Below are positions 27,271 to 36,812 of a stretch of DNA of 45,607 nt, piece after piece. The notes under the pieces are model-generated. The model made no database searches. It was given only the letters and a program-made list of their open reading frames with translations, and was not told the origin of the DNA. The stretch comes from Minisyncoccota bacterium (GTDB taxonomy: Bacteria; Patescibacteriota; Minisyncoccia; Phycocordibacterales; Zambryskibacteraceae), in contig DATDVZ010000002.1 in the NCBI GenBank assembly GCA_036517475.1, forward strand, positions 1-45,607. The letters are read 5' to 3'. The position numbers and the translations under genes were made by a program. The first letter of the stretch is position 1. The number at the start of each line of letters is the position of its first letter.

Positions 27271-27344
27271 GTAAATCACAGAGCTTTCGCGGTAATTACT
27301 AATTTTTAATTTTAAATTTTGATTTTTTAACTTTAAATTAATAT

Positions 27345-27521
27345 ATGAACACAGGAAATTTTGATTATAAAGATACCGAAATTTTGAGACGTCTCATGAC
27401 GCCCCATGCTCGTATTATGTCTCGCAAAAAAACCGGTCTATCTGCTAAAAACCAACGCAAACTGTCTTTAGCCATAAAAAGAGCAAGGTTTTTAGGCCTG
27501 CTTCCGTATATTGAAAAATAA
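27345..27521 (+). CDS. rpsR: 30S ribosomal protein S18 (58 aa; absent from ORF track)
   Basis: Manual translation gives MNTGNFDYKDTEILRRLMTPHARIMSRKKTGLSAKNQRKLSLAIKRARFLGLLPYIEK, which matches S18. It sits in the conserved position after ssb. Confidence 0.8.
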   Translation: MNTGNFDYKDTEILRRLMTPHARIMSRKKTGLSAKNQRKLSLAIKRARFLGLLPYIEK

Positions 27522-27790
27522 TGCTAGATAAACTACCCTTTTTTACTAAAGGGATAATATTTGCTGCCTCACTTTCAGTTCTGGTTTTTTTTCTGAAAGT
27601 TCTGTGCCCGCTGAATCTCGGATGCTTCGCCGACCCTTTTTTGATTCCACTTTTTTCACCCCTTTTTGTTGCTGAAAATCTTTTTGGCAATTTGGGAATA
27701 TTTGAGCCATTTTTTATTCTGATATTTTGGTCAGTTGTCGGCGGTTTGGCTGGACATTTTTACGGCAAATTGAGAACAGTTAGGGATTAA
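27521..27790 (+). CDS. hypothetical small membrane protein
   Basis: Hydrophobic 89-aa ORF whose start overlaps the rpsR stop. Confidence 0.3.
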   Translation: MLDKLPFFTKGIIFAASLSVLVFFLKVLCPLNLGCFADPFLIPLFSPLFVAENLFGNLGIFEPFFILIFWSVVGGLAGHFYGKLRTVRD

Positions 27791-27795
27791 GCCTT

Positions 27796-28356
27796 TTACT
27801 GGCGGCTTACATACTCTCCCGTTTCTGTATTAATTGTGACTACATCACCCTCATTTACAAACATCGGCGCTTGAATTGCTACTCCAGTTTCAAGCACGAT
27901 TTCCTTGCTTGCCCCCTTTGAAGTATCACCACGCGCAGTTGGATGGGCTTCCATGACTTTGAGATCAACTTTTATGGGAATTTTTATTCCTATTATTTTT
28001 TCATTAAAAATTAGTGCGGTAAATGTGCTATTTGTTTTAAGAAAGACTCTCCCGTTGCCCAGAAGTTCTTCAGATAATTCAAATCTTTTTGATGGATCGT
28101 TAATTTCACAAAACCACCACTGGCCTCTGTTATTATATAAGTACTTTATTTCCCTGCTTTCAATTTCAGCTTCTTCAACTGTTTCGCTTACATGAAACGA
28201 AAGCTCTTTTACTTTACCTGTAATTATATTTTTGAGTTTGGTTGCATTTACCGGCTTTCTTTGTTGTTTTCTGAAGACATGTGAAGAAAGAACCTCATGG
28301 GGCTCTCCATCGATTATTACTAACTTTTTTTCTGTAATTTCGTTGTATTGAAGCAT
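27796..28356 (-). CDS. efp: elongation factor P
   Basis: Three-domain EF-P pattern (KLKNIITGKVKE...GDVVTINTETGEYVSR). Confidence 0.9.
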   Translation of the reverse strand: MLQYNEITEKKLVIIDGEPHEVLSSHVFRKQQRKPVNATKLKNIITGKVKELSFHVSETVEEAEIESREIKYLYNNRGQWWFCEINDPSKRFELSEELLGNGRVFLKTNSTFTALIFNEKIIGIKIPIKVDLKVMEAHPTARGDTSKGASKEIVLETGVAIQAPMFVNEGDVVTINTETGEYVSRQ

Positions 28357-28626
28357 ATTTATAAGTTTAAAAAGCTGATCTCAGACGGTTTACTAGTGTT
28401 AATGGAAAATTCAAGTTACATTATTTAACATGATTTTTCAAGTCCGAAGTAGAGCGAGAGAAAGTAAACTTTATCATTCCCCAGCTGAGGTGGAAGTGAC
28501 ACATAGAGTCCATTTTGGTCTGAAAGACTCTCATGGTCTTGAACGACTTCGCAAGACTTTTGACCCTTTATTTTATGTGGGGGACATATCAACAGGTAAT
28601 TCTGTAAAAGTGCTATTATTAAAGCA

Positions 28627-28974
28627 ATGGTATTTGAAGGCACTCCTCGTGAAGGTTTTGATGCTGGTCCGGATTTGCGGGAATCTTTTGAAGCGCCTGT
28701 TGGCAAGCCTCGTTCAGAGTTAGGAGACAGACTTGCAATGCTTTCTCCAGATGATCAAAAAGTTTTCAGAGAATCAATTGCAAGAGCGGGAATTTCATTT
28801 GATCAATTTGATGAGTATACAAATTCTGTTGATAATCCTATGATTGCGAACCAATTTATTGAGCAATTTGTATACCCAGTACTACTCTCTGAGAGTGAAA
28901 CAGAAAAATTAAAGGCGGGCAAAAGAGCAAAGGAAGCACTGACAGCACTTTATGGAAAGAAAAAACCGGATTAA
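28627..28974 (+). CDS. hypothetical protein (start uncertain; alternative ATG 28738 has AGGAGA SD)
   Basis: The ORF has reasonable composition but no recognisable family. Confidence 0.3.
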   Translation: MVFEGTPREGFDAGPDLRESFEAPVGKPRSELGDRLAMLSPDDQKVFRESIARAGISFDQFDEYTNSVDNPMIANQFIEQFVYPVLLSESETEKLKAGKRAKEALTALYGKKKPD

Positions 28975-28987
28975 TTCAAATTTTATC

Positions 28988-29989
28988 CTATCCCTCTTTC
29001 AGTTTCGTTAGTATTTCTTTGAGAATTGAATTAGAAATTTTTTTATTTTCCTTAAGATATTGCCTGGTAGCGTCGTAGCCTCTTCCGAGTTTTTCGTTTC
29101 CGAATGAATATGCGTTTCCTGTTTTTTCCATAATACCGTACTTTTCACCAAGAGCAATCAACTCCCCTTCATGTGAAATTCCTTCGTTATACATAAGATC
29201 GAACTCTGTCTGTCTGAAGGGGGCCGCAACTTTATTTTTTACAACTTTGACTCGCACACGTCCTCCCATTACTTCCTCGCCCTTTTTAATTTGCGCAATT
29301 CTTCTTATATCAAGCCGCACGGAAGTATAGAATTTGAGAGCCTTTCCTCCGGGGGTGGTTTCAGGGTTGCCGAACATTACTCCGATTTGCATCCTGATTT
29401 GGTTAATGAATATGACTATAGTTTTTGATTTTGCAACAATAGCCGTCAATTTGCGAAGAGCCTGGCTCATTAGACGAGCTTGTTTGCCGACATGATAGGC
29501 CCCCATGTCACCTTCAATTTCGTCTTTAGGTGTGAGTGCTGCCACAGAATCAATCACAACTACGTCCATTTTTCCACTTCTCACCAGTGATTCAACTATC
29601 TCGAGAGCTTGTTCTCCAGTATCAGGCTGGGAAATTAATAGCTCATCAATTTTAACTCCCAATCTTTTAGCGTAGTCAGGATCCATCGCATGCTCTGCGT
29701 CAATGAATGCACAAATACCACCAGCTTTTTGCGCCTCAGCAATTACATGAAGTGTGAGGGTTGTTTTTCCTGAAGATTCCGGACCAAAGACTTCAATAAT
29801 TCTTCCTCTTGGCAGGCCCCCGACACCCAAAGCTGCATCAAGCCCAATGGAGCCGGTAGAAATGGAATTAATATTGACTTTGGGTTTGTCACCGAGTTTC
29901 ATTATCGCCTCTTCACCGAACTTGGTTTTGATTTGTTTTATTGTCTCGTCAATATTTTTCTTTGGTTCAACTGCTTTTGGTTTTTTCAT
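28988..29989 (-). CDS. recA: recombinase RecA
   Basis: Walker [11 protein letters not shown], and the L1/L2 regions are conserved. Confidence 0.95.
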   Translation of the reverse strand: MKKPKAVEPKKNIDETIKQIKTKFGEEAIMKLGDKPKVNINSISTGSIGLDAALGVGGLPRGRIIEVFGPESSGKTTLTLHVIAEAQKAGGICAFIDAEHAMDPDYAKRLGVKIDELLISQPDTGEQALEIVESLVRSGKMDVVVIDSVAALTPKDEIEGDMGAYHVGKQARLMSQALRKLTAIVAKSKTIVIFINQIRMQIGVMFGNPETTPGGKALKFYTSVRLDIRRIAQIKKGEEVMGGRVRVKVVKNKVAAPFRQTEFDLMYNEGISHEGELIALGEKYGIMEKTGNAYSFGNEKLGRGYDATRQYLKENKKISNSILKEILTKLKEG

Positions 29990-30015
29990 CAGATTTAATT
30001 TATTAATAATAATTT

Positions 30016-30390
30016 TTATACCGGTGATGTGGAAGTTGACCCAGATCTCTTTCCTATCAGCTGGATTAATTTTACCTGTGATTTTCCAAATTTATCATTA
30101 GCACTGAGTTTAATTATAAAGTAACCTTCCGGAGCCACAAATTTTTCGCTAAAATTGCCTTGATTGTCGATAAAGATTTTATTGTCATTGAGATAAATAT
30201 AGGCAATATTTTTTGCACTACCTTTTATTTCAATGAGACCGCTATTGATAGTTTGACCGTTCCTGAGATTTGTAATCTTAATTTGCGGCCCAATAATAAG
30301 GTTTCTTGACTGAAAAGCAACGTAGAGAATAAGCACCAATGAAATGGCGGAAAGAATAAAAAATTTAATTTTTTTCTGTGGATTAGCCAT
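30016..30390 (-). CDS. hypothetical membrane-anchored small protein, translationally coupled to ftsK (ATGGCTAA overlap)
   Basis: Start ATG 30388-30390 overlaps the ftsK stop. One TM helix, then a beta-rich Ig-like segment. Confidence 0.45.
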   Translation of the reverse strand: MANPQKKIKFFILSAISLVLILYVAFQSRNLIIGPQIKITNLRNGQTINSGLIEIKGSAKNIAYIYLNDNKIFIDNQGNFSEKFVAPEGYFIIKLSANDKFGKSQVKLIQLIGKRSGSTSTSPV

Positions 30391-32569
30391 TGAGTTCTTT
30401 ATCTTCGGTATCTTCTGTAATTGTTGTCGTTCCTCTTTCAATAAGGACTTCTCTTGGTTTTGCGCCTGAGCCGGGCCCTACTATACCCCTCTCTTCAAGC
30501 ATATCCATAAGTCTTGCTGCTCTGGCATAGCCAATTCCCAATTTTCTCTGCAAATATGATGTTGAAGCCTTTCCTGCCATGATTACAGTTTCTCTTGCCT
30601 CTTCATACAAATCATCATCTTCACTCTCATTAAAACCAGATTCAAATAACGAATCTCTAGTTGACCCACCAGAAAACTCAATTTCAGGAGAATCACTTTC
30701 ATAATTTTCCTTCAGATATTTCACCACTTTTTTGACTTCAGTCTCAGAAATAAATGCTGACTGTAATCTTTGCGGTTTTGACATCTCACCTGAAAGATAA
30801 AGCATGTCTCCAGCGCCAAGAAGTTTTTCTGCTCCTGATATATCAAGAATTGTGCGTGAATCAACTTGCGAAACAACTTGAAGGGCGATTCTTGAAGGAA
30901 TATTTGCTTTGATAAGTCCTGTAATAATATTGACACTGGGTCTTTGGGTTGAAAGTATCAGATGAATTCCCACAGCCCTGCTCATTTGTGCAAGTCTTAC
31001 AACAGCTGATTCAAGTTCACGCGGGTACGTACTCATTATGTCAGCAAGCTCGTCAATAATTACTAAAATGTAAGGCATCATTTCTGGCAATTCTTCCTCC
31101 TTATTTAATTTTTTTTCTTTCAGTGACTTAAGTTCTGGTTCAAGAATATTTTTATGATAGCTTTCAATATCTCTCACAGCCACGGTTTCTAAAACATCGT
31201 ATCTTCTATCCATTTCTTTGGTTGCCCATTTTAGGGCAAGAATTGTTTTTTTAGCATCTGTTATTACTGGAGTTAAAAGGTGGGGTATATTGTTATAAAG
31301 AGTTAATTCTACCCGCTTTGGATCAATCAATATAAATTTAAGATTTTCAGGTGAATTGCGGAAAAGAAGAGAGGTAATAATAGCGTGAATTGTTACTGAT
31401 TTTCCTGATCCGGTTGCCCCAGCCACAAGGAGATGCGGCATCTTATCCAGATTGCCAAAATGAGATTTGCCGGAAATTCCTTTACCAATTGATATCAGAA
31501 GCGGCTTGTCGGAATTCTGAAATTCAGGTTCAGACAGAAGAGACCCTAAACCGACAGTTGATTTGGTGCTATTAGGTATTTCAATGCCGACAAGAGATTT
31601 CCCTGGGATTGGGGCCTCAATTCTTACTGGGTGAGCAGCCAGTGCGAGCTCAAGATTATTTTGCAGTGAAAGAATTCTGGAAAGTTTTACACCTTCCGCT
31701 GGTTTTAGCGCATAACGGGTGACGGATGGCCCAATTGAGACTTCGTCCATTTCAACAGCTATGCCGAAGTTTTGCAGTGTTCTTTTAATAATATTTGCAT
31801 TTGCCTTGATATCTCCGACATCTGGCCGACCACTGTCTTTTTCCAGAAGAGAAAGCGGTGGGGGAGTGTATGATTTCAGAGAAAAACTTTTTAGTTTCTT
31901 TGGAATAAATTCTTCTTCAGAATTTTTTTCTTTTATATCATTGTTCTCATGTGAAGGAAAAATTTTTTTAAGCATCGGTTCTGACGGAGTAGTTATATTT
32001 TGAATACTTACTTCAGGATCACTTATTTTTAATTGTGATTGGTTATCTTCTTTTTTCTTTGAGGTAAATAAGTTTCTTATTTTTGTTAAAAAGCTAAAGC
32101 TTATTGAAGTGTCAAAAATTATTAAGAAGGAGATGATTAAGAGAGCAATAAGGATGACTCCGGCAGCATAAACATCAAAGAGTGAGATTAGTGGGTTTGA
32201 AATTATTTTTCCGACCACACCACCTTTACCGCTGCGTATTAAATTTACAAGACCCAAAGCTGAGATAAAAAAAAGCAAACCACCAATACTCTGCATTCCC
32301 GCAAATGGTTTTTTTATGTTTCGCAGATACGCGATTGCCAGCATGCTGAATACCAGGGGAAGAAGGAAATAACCGTAACCAAATAAAAACTCCAGTACCC
32401 AGTAAATTTTTTTACCTATTGGTCCGGCAAGATCAAATAAAGCTAGGATAAAAAAAAGAGATATAACAAAAAAGGCTACAGCAAGTATTCCTTGAAAAGT
32501 TTCATCCTTAAGTCTGCCAACAAAAAAACCCGAACCTTCGTTTCTATGTTCTTTCTTTTTTTTGGCCAT
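30383..32569 (-). CDS. ftsK: DNA translocase FtsK/SpoIIIE
   Basis: N-terminal TM helices. Motor domain with Walker A GATGSGKSV. C-terminal gamma-like wHTH. Confidence 0.9.
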   Translation of the reverse strand: MAKKKKEHRNEGSGFFVGRLKDETFQGILAVAFFVISLFFILALFDLAGPIGKKIYWVLEFLFGYGYFLLPLVFSMLAIAYLRNIKKPFAGMQSIGGLLFFISALGLVNLIRSGKGGVVGKIISNPLISLFDVYAAGVILIALLIISFLIIFDTSISFSFLTKIRNLFTSKKKEDNQSQLKISDPEVSIQNITTPSEPMLKKIFPSHENNDIKEKNSEEEFIPKKLKSFSLKSYTPPPLSLLEKDSGRPDVGDIKANANIIKRTLQNFGIAVEMDEVSIGPSVTRYALKPAEGVKLSRILSLQNNLELALAAHPVRIEAPIPGKSLVGIEIPNSTKSTVGLGSLLSEPEFQNSDKPLLISIGKGISGKSHFGNLDKMPHLLVAGATGSGKSVTIHAIITSLLFRNSPENLKFILIDPKRVELTLYNNIPHLLTPVITDAKKTILALKWATKEMDRRYDVLETVAVRDIESYHKNILEPELKSLKEKKLNKEEELPEMMPYILVIIDELADIMSTYPRELESAVVRLAQMSRAVGIHLILSTQRPSVNIITGLIKANIPSRIALQVVSQVDSRTILDISGAEKLLGAGDMLYLSGEMSKPQRLQSAFISETEVKKVVKYLKENYESDSPEIEFSGGSTRDSLFESGFNESEDDDLYEEARETVIMAGKASTSYLQRKLGIGYARAARLMDMLEERGIVGPGSGAKPREVLIERGTTTITEDTEDKELNG

Positions 32570-32939
32570 TTATTCAATTTTACCATCTGCCTTAACAATC
32601 CCGAAATATTTTATTAGCGACGTAGAGCGAGTGAAGTGAAAAAGAAGACTTTTTTACTTCCGAGCCGAGGAGTTAATATAATCCAATACTGCGCAGCTTG
32701 CCACGCGAAATGGATAAGCGAAGCGAGTTCCGTGATTACCTAGGGGTTTCCCAAGGGATTATATTGCTAATTTAAAACACACATACTCAGATTTACTTCA
32801 ATTACTTTTTGAGGTGATTTATTAGTATATGGAACAATAGAAATGAAAATAACTCCAAATTTTCATTTCTGAGATTAAGGGATAATTTAGTAGAATACTG
32901 CGCACCTTGTTTTGGGCGACTATACTTTCAGAGTAGTGG

Positions 32940-33010
32940 GGTTATAAGGACATTTGACAATTATAAAGGACATGATAGTATGTACTTTATAATATAAAGG
33001 ACACAAGCAT
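32940..33010 (+). promoter_or_regulatory. three direct repeats TATAA(A)GGACA(T/C) overlapping putative promoter (TTGACA at 32956) of the 33030 gene
   Basis: The repeats are TATAAGGACAT, TATAAAGGACAT and TATAAAGGACAC, within 70 nt upstream of a gene encoding a C-terminal wHTH protein. Confidence 0.35.
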
Positions 33011-33029
33011 TCGAGGTCAAAGAACATCA

Positions 33030-33836
33030 ATGGATGATAACAGCCAAAAAGACAAAAATTCAGAATCTGAGACTAAGTCATTAGATGGAAATAGTATTGT
33101 TATTAAGGATAATGATGTCTTATCCTTTTTTAAAAAGGACAAATCGTTTGTTTTTGCTCATAAAAAAATAGGCAAACTTGTCTCCGCTTTATACCTAATC
33201 ACCAATCAGTTAAATGATAATGAACCTATTAAATGGGATATAAGAAGAATTGGTTTAAAGCTGATTTCTCTGAATATAAATTTAATAAAGGAGACTATTT
33301 CAATTGAGGTTTTAAAAAAAGACATAAAAGAGTCTGTTCTGGAAGTTGTTTCATGTCTCGAAGTTGCTTCAGTTTCAGGCCTATTATCAAGCATGAATTT
33401 GAATATCTTAAAGAAAGAATTTTTTGAACTTTTAAATCATTTGAATCAAATCAAGAGTCGTTCAGGACACATCGATTCCAAGTTTTATTATGTTGAATAT
33501 GAAAACCAGGATAGCCCCCTCAAAAGGACAGAAATAAAGGACATTAATTTGAGTTCACCATACGACCCCGCTTTAAATAATAGAAATACAAAAGACAACG
33601 AAGACAGAGATACTAAATTAAAGGAATTTAGTACTGTTACTGTAAAGAAAAACAGACGTCAGAGTATAATCATAGCCTTATTAAAAAAGAAAAGGGATTT
33701 GATGATTAAGGACATTTCACCATTAATATCTGATTGTAGCGAAAAAACTATTCAAAGAGAACTTCAAGATCTGGTAAAACAAGGGGTATTAAAAAAGACG
33801 GGAGAAAAGCGCTGGACAAAATATAGCCTAATTTAA
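33030..33836 (+). CDS. hypothetical protein with C-terminal winged-helix DNA-binding domain
   Basis: The C-terminus IIALLKKKRDLMIKDISPLISDCSEKTIQRELQDLVKQGVLKK is wHTH-like. Confidence 0.45.
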   Translation: MDDNSQKDKNSESETKSLDGNSIVIKDNDVLSFFKKDKSFVFAHKKIGKLVSALYLITNQLNDNEPIKWDIRRIGLKLISLNINLIKETISIEVLKKDIKESVLEVVSCLEVASVSGLLSSMNLNILKKEFFELLNHLNQIKSRSGHIDSKFYYVEYENQDSPLKRTEIKDINLSSPYDPALNNRNTKDNEDRDTKLKEFSTVTVKKNRRQSIIIALLKKKRDLMIKDISPLISDCSEKTIQRELQDLVKQGVLKKTGEKRWTKYSLI

Positions 33837-33906
33837 ACTTGTTTTTATTGGGTTTTTTATGTAGATTACTAAATGTGCCATAAATAAGGGTTATCCACAT
33901 TATTTT

Positions 33907-33934
33907 TTGCATTAATATTATCCTGACTTATAAT
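33907..33934 (+). promoter_or_regulatory. sigma-70-like promoter TTGCAT-16-TATAAT for the surface-protein gene
   Basis: -35 at 33907-33912, -10 at 33929-33934. A ~265-nt 5' UTR follows. Confidence 0.45.
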
Positions 33935-34204
33935 TTACTATACGCAAAATAGCTAGGTTTTGCGTAATAAAAACCATCTTTACCCGTCAGAATTTAGGTC
34001 AAACAGAAATTCTTAATTCCTTCATTGTAGCTTCGCTTGAAAGACCGCAAAATTTACCAACTCTCTTTCCCCCTCGTGTCGATCCTTACAAAGGGTTGGG
34101 AGGGAAAGTTATGAGTTTAGGATTAATAGTTAGAAAAGTTATAAATCAAAAGTTTTTAAGGGGAGTTTAGTATAATGCCCGAAAAAACTTAATAATAAGT
34201 TATT

Positions 34205-36232
34205 ATGAAAAAATTATTTACAAGTGTTTTAGCAATTGCGTTTGCTTTGAGTTTTGCAGTTCCGGCTAGTGCTTTGACAGTAGCTGAAATCCAAGCTCAA
34301 ATTATGCAATTACAAGCAGCTCTCGCAGCTCTCACAGGTGGTGGAGGAGCTAGTGTCACGTTTACCACCGACCTCACCATTGGTAGCAGAGGAACAGATG
34401 TTACCGCGCTTCAGAATTGGTTAATCTCAAGAGGATTCTCAATTCCAGCCGGTGCAACTGGATACTTCGGTACTCAGACAAGAGCAGCAGTTGCCGCATG
34501 GCAAGCTTCCGCTAACATTTCTCCACCGGTAGGATATTTTGGTCCTATCTCTCGAAGTGTTGTCAATTCAATGGTTGGTGGATCGGTTTCAGTGGTTCCT
34601 GGTTGCGCACCTGGCGCACTGTATAGTGCAACAACAGGAGCACCATGTAGTGGAGTCACTCCGCCCCCAGCAAGTGGTGGTGGAATTACAACTCCAGGAG
34701 CAGAAGGTACTCTTACAGTATCTAAGAACCCTAGTCCTGCAGCTGGTACAAAAATGTACGAAGCAGATGACAAAGTCGGCGTTCTCGGTATTAAACTGGA
34801 AGCCGACCTTTCAGACATCAAGGTTGAAAGAGTTAAAGTTGACCTTGATCACGTAACTGGTACTACAGTTGCTGACCAGAACCTTTACAACAAGATTGCT
34901 GAAAGGATCTATGCAATGGATGGTTCAACCGTTCTTGCATCTTCAGATCTAAATTCAAGCACTGTTGTTAAAGACGGTTCAGATTACTTCATTACCATTA
35001 CTGGTATTAACTTCGTAGTTCCAAAAGGAACAACTAAAGTTCTTACTATTGGTCTTGATGCAAGAGCAACATGGGATTCAGACTATGATACAGAAACATG
35101 GTCTCTTGGTGTTCCAGTTGATGGAGTTAGAGGTCTAGATGGCGCTGGTATTAACCAATATGGTCCAGCTACAGCCTTTACTAACAACTTCACAACGGAA
35201 GGTAATCTTGCTGAAAGCGCAACTTTGACAATTTCAACAGCTTCTGACACACCACAAGATGACGAGGTTATTTGTACTCTTTCTTCAACAGAAGATGAGT
35301 GTGATAAGCTCGAAGTTTTGAGGATGAACTTCAAAGCTGAGAAAGATGATGTTCTGGTTACGGATATTACTTCCAACATCCAGAAGACTGACGCTGGTAC
35401 AGCCACAACTTCAACTGCTTACCTCTATGACGGTTCAGCCCTCGTAGGTTCAGCAACAGTGTTGAACTTCAGCGGTCAGAACAGCGCAGTATTCACTGAT
35501 ATTGACTGGACAGTTCCGAAAGACACAACCAAGACACTTTCTCTCAAACTTGATATTCAGGATGCTGTAGCAGGTCCAAGCGTATTTAGCGCTTCAACAA
35601 CTGCAGCTAATGTAACTTCAGAGAACACAACTGGAACAGGTGCAACCGAATCTGGTAACGGTATCGGTGAATCAGTAACCGTTCGCAATGTTGGTCCTGA
35701 ATTTACACTGCTTAGTAAGAACGTTACTTACACAGCAAGCGGTGGATTCGCTGGAGCTACTTCAACCGCCAAAGCTGACTTTACTCTAAGAGTTAAAGCA
35801 GTTGGCGCTGATATTGAATTCGGTGACTCCGCTTCAACAACCTATGCATTGGCTGGTGGATTCCCATCAGGTGCAGCTGGTACTTCAACTGTCATCTACA
35901 GAGGTGGTTCATCATCTCTTACTGATGGTATAGTCTATGTTTCTTCTTCAACCTCTATAACAGTTCCGTCAGGTGTAACAGCCGCAGTCGGAGCAAATAG
36001 CTGGATTCTTGCAGAAGGAAATAGTGTTGATATTCCAATTTCCTTCGTCTTCAACGGACGATCAGGTAACACTGGTGTATTGGGTAGCGGTGCTGAAGTC
36101 ACAACTGGCGCATATGCAGTTGGTCTAGAAAGATTGAACTGGCTAACCAATGCTGCTGCTGGTGGAAGAGAAACTTCAACCTTCATGGCAGGTAACTCTG
36201 CTTGGAGAACTGGCACAGTAACAATGCCGTAA
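34205..36232 (+). CDS. secreted cell-surface protein with N-terminal peptidoglycan-binding (PG_binding_1-like) domain and long S/T/G/A-rich region
   Basis: Signal peptide. GSRGTDVTALQNWLISRGF...GYFGTQTRAAVAAWQ matches a PG-binding domain. Elevated GC arises from the Gly/Ala/Thr codon bias. Confidence 0.7.
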   Translation: MKKLFTSVLAIAFALSFAVPASALTVAEIQAQIMQLQAALAALTGGGGASVTFTTDLTIGSRGTDVTALQNWLISRGFSIPAGATGYFGTQTRAAVAAWQASANISPPVGYFGPISRSVVNSMVGGSVSVVPGCAPGALYSATTGAPCSGVTPPPASGGGITTPGAEGTLTVSKNPSPAAGTKMYEADDKVGVLGIKLEADLSDIKVERVKVDLDHVTGTTVADQNLYNKIAERIYAMDGSTVLASSDLNSSTVVKDGSDYFITITGINFVVPKGTTKVLTIGLDARATWDSDYDTETWSLGVPVDGVRGLDGAGINQYGPATAFTNNFTTEGNLAESATLTISTASDTPQDDEVICTLSSTEDECDKLEVLRMNFKAEKDDVLVTDITSNIQKTDAGTATTSTAYLYDGSALVGSATVLNFSGQNSAVFTDIDWTVPKDTTKTLSLKLDIQDAVAGPSVFSASTTAANVTSENTTGTGATESGNGIGESVTVRNVGPEFTLLSKNVTYTASGGFAGATSTAKADFTLRVKAVGADIEFGDSASTTYALAGGFPSGAAGTSTVIYRGGSSSLTDGIVYVSSSTSITVPSGVTAAVGANSWILAEGNSVDIPISFVFNGRSGNTGVLGSGAEVTTGAYAVGLERLNWLTNAAAGGRETSTFMAGNSAWRTGTVTMP

Positions 36233-36281
36233 TCTAGTTTTCTATCGTTTTCCTCTGGCTTCGGCTAAAGGAAGCGAAAAC

Positions 36282-36310
36282 AAAACTCCCGCGAAAGCGG
36301 GAGTTTTGTT
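36282..36310 (+). terminator. rho-independent terminator AAAACTCCCGC-gaaa-GCGGGAGTTTT
   Basis: Perfect 11-bp stem, GAAA loop, T-run. Confidence 0.8.
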
Positions 36311-36366
36311 ATATGTGTAAATATTCTTATTTCTGGGCGTACAATTTAGGCTTTTTTAAAACACCA

Positions 36367-36407
36367 CCCATGTCAACCTGCCAGGTTGACATGGGTGTGG
36401 TATCAGA
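36367..36407. repeat. ~40-nt near-perfect palindrome CACCCATGTCAACCTG|CCAGGTTGACATGGGTG (TTGACA on both arms)
   Basis: 14-bp perfect arms plus partially paired extension. Confidence 0.5.
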
Positions 36408-36486
36408 ATTATCAACTTAATTTTGAGTTTATAAACATAATGTCAACAATATATAAGGGTAATTTCCACAAGTATTCCACTGTTTT

Positions 36487-36610
36487 ATACCCCATGAGAT
36501 ATAAAGGGAAATATCGATTTATTTTAAAATTACATCAAACAGTTTTAAGTTTCATCGAGTATTGCAAAAATTATCTCACGGGGTATGGCCATATAATATC
36601 TCACGGGGTA
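36487..36610. repeat. ~120-bp inverted-repeat-bounded element, copy 2 (ATACCCCATGAGAT ... ATCTCACGGGGTA x2, each followed by TATAAT/TAAAAT)
   Basis: The inverse 13-mer is at 36488-36500. Direct 13-mers are at 36573-36585 and 36598-36610. -10-like boxes lie at 36592-36597 and 36609-36614. Confidence 0.45.
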
Positions 36611-36812
36611 AAATTAATACATGTGGAAGCTGTTTGATAACACATTCTTCAAGTTTCTATTTGGGTTTCTTGTAATACTTGCTATAAGTATTCTTATTCT
36701 TTTTGCCGCCCAGTATTGGAGTAAAAAAGGAAATCCCGATTCAACTTACGTTCAAGTGAGTTCTCAATAATTTGCAGTTGACACTCAACGGGTCTTTTGT
36801 TTGTATTGTTAA

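Noticed and set aside
28430-28723. 97-aa + ORF upstream of the 28627 ORF
   Set aside because: It has no RBS, overlaps the efp promoter region, and its translation is hydrophobic low-complexity. It was not reported as a gene.
34474-36216. Several 90-115-aa antisense and alternate-frame ORFs within the surface-protein gene
   Set aside because: The local high GC and repetitive Gly/Ala/Thr codons generate long open frames. The sense frame has a signal peptide, a PG-binding domain and its own terminator.
36386-36637. 83-aa ORF downstream of the surface-protein gene
   Set aside because: It overlaps the palindrome and inverted-repeat-bounded element copy 2, has no RBS, and has an implausible Tyr/Lys-rich composition.
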